64,000 nucleotides of DNA from an uncultured Gemmatimonadales bacterium (GTDB taxonomy: Bacteria; Gemmatimonadota; Gemmatimonadetes; Gemmatimonadales; GWC2-71-9): assembly GCA_963728915.1 (NCBI GenBank), contig CAVSLV010000004.1, positions 288,001 to 352,000 on the forward strand, given 5' to 3'. The position numbers were made by a program, and so were the translations under genes. Of this stretch, positions 59,517-64,000 are shown piece after piece; the first letter of the stretch is position 1; the number at the start of each line of letters is the position of its first letter. Under the pieces are notes generated by a model that did not search any database, was not told where the DNA came from, and was given only the letters and a program-made list of their open reading frames with translations.

Positions 59517-61702
59517 ATGGCCGTCCGGATTTCCGCCATCAGCCTGTGGCTGTCCGCGATCGTCCTGCCCGGGGTCGTGCCCGAGCTTCCAGCCCAGGGA
59601 CGGGCCTTCACGCCGAACGACTGGTACCGTCTCACCACGGTGAGCGCGCCGGCGGTTTCGCCGGACGGGAAACAGATCGCCTTCGTGGTGACCACGGTGG
59701 CCACCGCGGAGAACAAACGGCACAGCGAGATCTGGACGGTGCCGTCCGCGGGCGGCGATCCGATGCGGCTCACCTCGCCGGGGACCGAGAGCTCGAATCC
59801 GCGCTGGTCGCCTGACGGGAAGCTTCTGTTGTTCAGCTCGACCCGGCCGGGCGGCAAGGGAAGGACCTGGGCCCTGCGGATGGATCAGCCGGGGGGAGAG
59901 GCGTTCGAGGTGGACAGCCTGCCGGACGGCTCCTCGTCCCGGGACGCCAGCGTCCTGGTGTGGTCGGAGCCGGATTCGGCGCGGGCGACGCGGGACACGA
60001 CCCAGCGGGACCCCTTCGCCCGGATGCAGCCGATGGCCCGGCCTCCCTTTGGCGCGATCACCCAGCCGGTGGATCCGGCGCGATTCGACGGGCGTCACAT
60101 CGTGGAGACTCCCTACGTGGCCAACGGCCCCGGTTTCCTCCCTAACCCGCGGGAGCCGCGCACCTACCGGCCGGCACAGATCTGGATCCGGCCGCTCGAT
60201 GGCGGGCCGAAGCGGGCCCTGACCAGCGGGAAATACTCCCACCAGAACGTGCGGGTCTCGCCGGACGGCCAGTGGATCGCCTTCACCGCGGACCCGGCGC
60301 TCCGTCCCGATTCGGTGGTGCGGGCCGAGCGGGATTCGCTGTCCCGGCTGCCCTATGATGCGAAGCGGGAGGAGGCGCCCCGAAACGACGCCGACATTTT
60401 CGTCATGCCGGCACCCGGTGGCGCGCCCCGGCGGCTCACCAGCGCCGACGGCAGCGAGGGCCGGCTCGCCTGGTCGCCCGACAGCAAGCGGATCGCCTTC
60501 ATCTCGTCCCCCACTCGAACCGGGTCCGACCGGATCTACCTCACCGACCTGGCCGGCGCCACGCCGGTGAACCTGCTGGGGGACTGGGTGTACGAGCCCG
60601 AAAACCTGACCTGGATGCAGGATGGGCGCATCGCGTTTTCCGCGGCGATCGGGGGAGCTCGGCGCTCTATCTCCTCGACCCCGCCACCCGGCAGCGCACC
60701 GAAGTGCTGAGCGGGCGGCGGCGCCTGTCCGGATTCGACTGGAACACGGGGAGCAACGTGGTGGCGTACGTCTCCACCAGCCTGACCCGGCCGACCGAGC
60801 TGTATGCCGCCGGGGCCGACGGCAAGGGGGAACGGCAGCTCACCCATTTCAACGACAAGCTCAACAGCGAGATCGCGTGGTCCGACGCCGAGCGCTTCAC
60901 CTTCAAGTCGGTCGGCGGCCTCGAGATCGAGAGCTGGCTCATGAAACCCTACGGGTACCAGGCCGGCAAGAAGTATCCCCTGGTGCTCTACATCCACGGC
61001 GGTCCGCACTCGGCGTATGGCGAGAACTGGTTCGACGAATTCCAGAATCTGGCGGGCGCGGGCATGTGGGTGCTCTTCACCAACCCCCGCGGGTCGAGTG
61101 GGTACGGCTCGGCCTTTACCTATGCCACGCGGGGCCGCTGGTTTGCCGAGGATTACCAGGATCTGATGCGGGCGGTGGACCTCGTCGCAAAGCGGCCCGA
61201 CGTCGATTCGACCCACATGGGCGTGAGCGGGGGCTCCTATGGCGGCGTGATGACGGCGTGGGTCACCGCGAAGACGACCCGGTTCAAGGCGGCCGAAGCG
61301 GACCGGATGATCGCCGAGTGGACCTACTGGTACGGCGCCTCGGATGCCCAGGGGCTCACCGAGTTCGAGTTCTTCGGGAAGCCGTGGGAGAACCAGGTCA
61401 TGTACGATTCCCTCTCGCCGATCCGGCGGGTGAATCGGGTGAAGACGCCGACCCTGGTCGTGCAATCCGAGGAAGACCACCGCACTCCGATGGGGAATGC
61501 GGAGATGTGGTTCATGGCGCTCAAGAAACAGGGGATTCCCGCCGAGTATGTGCGGTATCCCCGCTCGACCCATGATCTCTCCCGGACCGGGGAGCCGTGG
61601 CTCCTGGTCGACCGGCTGGGCCGGCTGCGGCAGTGGTTCGGGTACTGGCTTCAGGGGGAAGGCAGCGGGAATGGCAAGGTGGCGGCTGGGGGTACGAGGT
61701 GA
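59517..61702 (+). CDS. S9-family peptidase (PD40 propeller + catalytic domain), frameshift near 60655
   Basis: SPDG repeats in ORF 59517; HGGP, GGSYGG, EDHR, H in ORF 60704. Confidence 0.85.
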
Positions 61703-61744
61703 GAGGGAAGAGGGGAAGAGGTGAGAAATGAACTGGAGATTCCT

Positions 61745-64000
61745 ATGCGGCGGCTAAGTGCAGTCATCCTGGTGATCGGGCTTGTCCCTTTCACCTTTTA
61801 CGTCTCACCTGTCACCGCTCAACAACGCGGCGCGTTCAACCGCGCGCCGGAACCGCCCCGGTTCCGTTTCATGGGGCCGGCGCAGGGAGGCCGGATCTCC
61901 GCCGTCGCGGGGGTCCCGGGTGACACGCTGACCTATTACTTCGGGGCCGCTTCCGGGGGCGTATGGAAGTCCACCGATGGCGGTGTCACCAGCACCGCGG
62001 TTTTCGACGCGCAACCGGTCCAGGCCATCGGGGCGCTCGCGGTGGCCCGATCGAATCCCCGGATCGTGTGGGCGGGAACCGGAGAAGCGTGGGCCATCCG
62101 GGATGCCGATGTGATGGGCGACGGGATCTACAAGTCCACCGACGCGGGGCGCACCTGGACCAACATGGGGCTTCGGGAGAGCGGCCGGATCGGCCGGATC
62201 CTGATCCATCCCACCAACCCGGATATCGTCTTCGCCTGCGTGCTGGGTCGCACCACCGGACCCCAGGAAGAGCGCGGAGTCTACCGGACCACCGACGGTG
62301 GCCAGCATTGGGATCGGGTGCTGTTCGTCGATCCCAATACCGGCTGTTCGGGCCTCAGCATGGATGCCAACGACCCCAATGTGCTCTTCGCGGGGACCTG
62401 GCAGGTGGTGATGTACACCTGGGCCATGTTCAGCGGCGGGGCCGGCAGCGGGATCTACGTCACCCGCGACGGCGGCACCACCTGGAGCCGGGTGGAGCAC
62501 GAGGGCCTTCCCAACTCTCCGGTCGGGAAGATCGATGTCGCGATCGCGCCCTCCAACTCGAGCCGGGTCTATGCCCTGATCCAGACCGCGAACCAGGGAT
62601 CGGTCTGGCGGTCCGACGACGGCGGGACCAGCTGGAAAGTGGTGAGCTGGGATCGCTCCCTGATCGGCCGGGCCGGGTATTACATCCGGATCGAGGTGAA
62701 CCCCAGGAACGCCGACGAGGTCCTGATCGCCAACAGCAGCTTCAAGCGCTCGACCGACGGCGGACTCACCTTCCCGATCACCGACCGGGGTTGCGGCGAC
62801 TGCCACGACATCTGGATCGATCCGGGGAATCCCAATCGCTGGGTCGAGACCGGCGACGGCGGGGCGGGGATCACCACCAATCATGCCCGCAGCTTCCTGA
62901 ATGTGAGCCTGCCCATCGGCCAGATGTATCACGTGGCGGTGGACAACCAGGTTCCCTACTGGATCTACAGCAACCGGCAGGACAACGGGACCATGCGGGG
63001 CCCGAGCACGGCGCCCGAAGCCGGGTCCAGCGCCCGGCCGGCGGCCGCGGCGCGACCCGACAGTGCGCGGGTCAGGCCCGACTCCGGCGCCGGCCGGGCC
63101 CGGAGCGATTCGACCCGGGCCGGAGCCGACTCGACCCGGGGCGGAGGGGAGGGTGGAGGAGGCGGTGGGTTCGGTGGTTTCGGGGGATTCGGCGGCTCGA
63201 CCTGGGACCACTTTCTGGGCGGCTGCGAATCGGGCTTCACCCTTCCCGATCCCAGCGACGCCGACCTCGTGTGGGCGACCTGCTACGGCAACAAGGTCAC
63301 CCGGTTCGATGCCAAGACCGGCGAAGCCCGCTCGGTGAGCCCATGGATGCACACCCTGGATTCGCCGCCTAACGCGCTCAAGTACCGCTGCCACTGGACC
63401 GCGCCGCTCGCGATCGATCCGTTCGACCCGAAGACGGTCTACTACGGCTGCCAGGTCGTCTTCAAGACCAGCAACGAAGGGCAGAGCTGGACCGTGCTCA
63501 GCCCGGATCTCTCGACCCGGGATTCCTCGCGCATCGTTTCGTCGGGCGGGATCATCGGCGACAACCTGGGACAGTTCTATGGTGAGGTGGTCTTCGCGAT
63601 CGCACCATCATCGGTGCAGCGCGGCCTGATCTGGGCCGGGACCAATGACGGGAAGGTCTGGTACACCGGCAATGGCGGGAAATCCTGGAACGACGTCACC
63701 GCGAACGTCGGGATGCCGGCGTGGGGAACGGTGCGGAAGATCGCGCCCTCGCCCTTCGACCCGCGCACGGCCTACATCGCGGTGGACTACCACCTGATGG
63801 ACAACCGCGAGCCGTTCATCTACAAGACCAGCGACCTGGGAAAGACCTGGAAGCGCATCAGCGGCACGCTGCCCACCGGTCACCCGCTCGATTACGTGAT
63901 GGCGGTCACCGAAAACCCCAATCGCCGGGGAATGCTCTTCGCAGGGACCGGCCGCGCGTTCTACTACACGCTCGACGACGGAGAACACTGGACCCAGTTC
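61745..64000 (+). CDS. Secreted BNR/VPS10-like beta-propeller protein (glycosyl hydrolase-like), runs off window
   Basis: Signal peptide, GP..GGRISAV, repeated S.DGG.TW Asp boxes; absent from the ORF track because there is no stop in the window. Confidence 0.8.
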   Translation, partial: MRRLSAVILVIGLVPFTFYVSPVTAQQRGAFNRAPEPPRFRFMGPAQGGRISAVAGVPGDTLTYYFGAASGGVWKSTDGGVTSTAVFDAQPVQAIGALAVARSNPRIVWAGTGEAWAIRDADVMGDGIYKSTDAGRTWTNMGLRESGRIGRILIHPTNPDIVFACVLGRTTGPQEERGVYRTTDGGQHWDRVLFVDPNTGCSGLSMDANDPNVLFAGTWQVVMYTWAMFSGGAGSGIYVTRDGGTTWSRVEHEGLPNSPVGKIDVAIAPSNSSRVYALIQTANQGSVWRSDDGGTSWKVVSWDRSLIGRAGYYIRIEVNPRNADEVLIANSSFKRSTDGGLTFPITDRGCGDCHDIWIDPGNPNRWVETGDGGAGITTNHARSFLNVSLPIGQMYHVAVDNQVPYWIYSNRQDNGTMRGPSTAPEAGSSARPAAAARPDSARVRPDSGAGRARSDSTRAGADSTRGGGEGGGGGGFGGFGGFGGSTWDHFLGGCESGFTLPDPSDADLVWATCYGNKVTRFDAKTGEARSVSPWMHTLDSPPNALKYRCHWTAPLAIDPFDPKTVYYGCQVVFKTSNEGQSWTVLSPDLSTRDSSRIVSSGGIIGDNLGQFYGEVVFAIAPSSVQRGLIWAGTNDGKVWYTGNGGKSWNDVTANVGMPAWGTVRKIAPSPFDPRTAYIAVDYHLMDNREPFIYKTSDLGKTWKRISGTLPTGHPLDYVMAVTENPNRRGMLFAGTGRAFYYTLDDGEHWTQF

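Overview
High-GC bacterial chromosomal window; gene content and order suggest Gemmatimonadota (inference, not verified). From 1 to 25 kb: a TsdA-like diheme cytochrome, a PilS/PilR-like two-component pair, a glycosylation cluster (two GT2, several GT-C/TMTC-like membrane proteins, a methyltransferase, a DUF2304 remnant), two tandem type IV pilins behind a sigma-54 promoter, a catalytically degenerate sigma-54 activator, minor pilins and pilMNOPQ-aroC-aroK. Housekeeping genes follow (lysE-like, trmFO, xerC, hslVU, gcvT, mogA-like, moxR, atpIBEFH), along with a TIR-domain membrane protein/Ser-Thr kinase pair, duplicated outer-membrane beta-barrels and secreted peptidases/hydrolases. The best candidate for an undescribed system is at 41.5-50.8 kb. 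It comprises a sigma-54 activator, a diguanylate cyclase fused to a cysteine-less [FeFe]-hydrogenase-like sensor, a conserved hypothetical protein, an unannotated 21-aa hydrophobic peptide gene with a very strong RBS, a membrane HD-GYP phosphodiesterase, and a convergent BTAD-ATPase-TPR regulator; the HD-GYP gene and the TPR end of the regulator share a low-GC block. Many genes carry single-base frameshifts, probably assembly indels. No rRNA, tRNA, CRISPR array or IS element was recognised.
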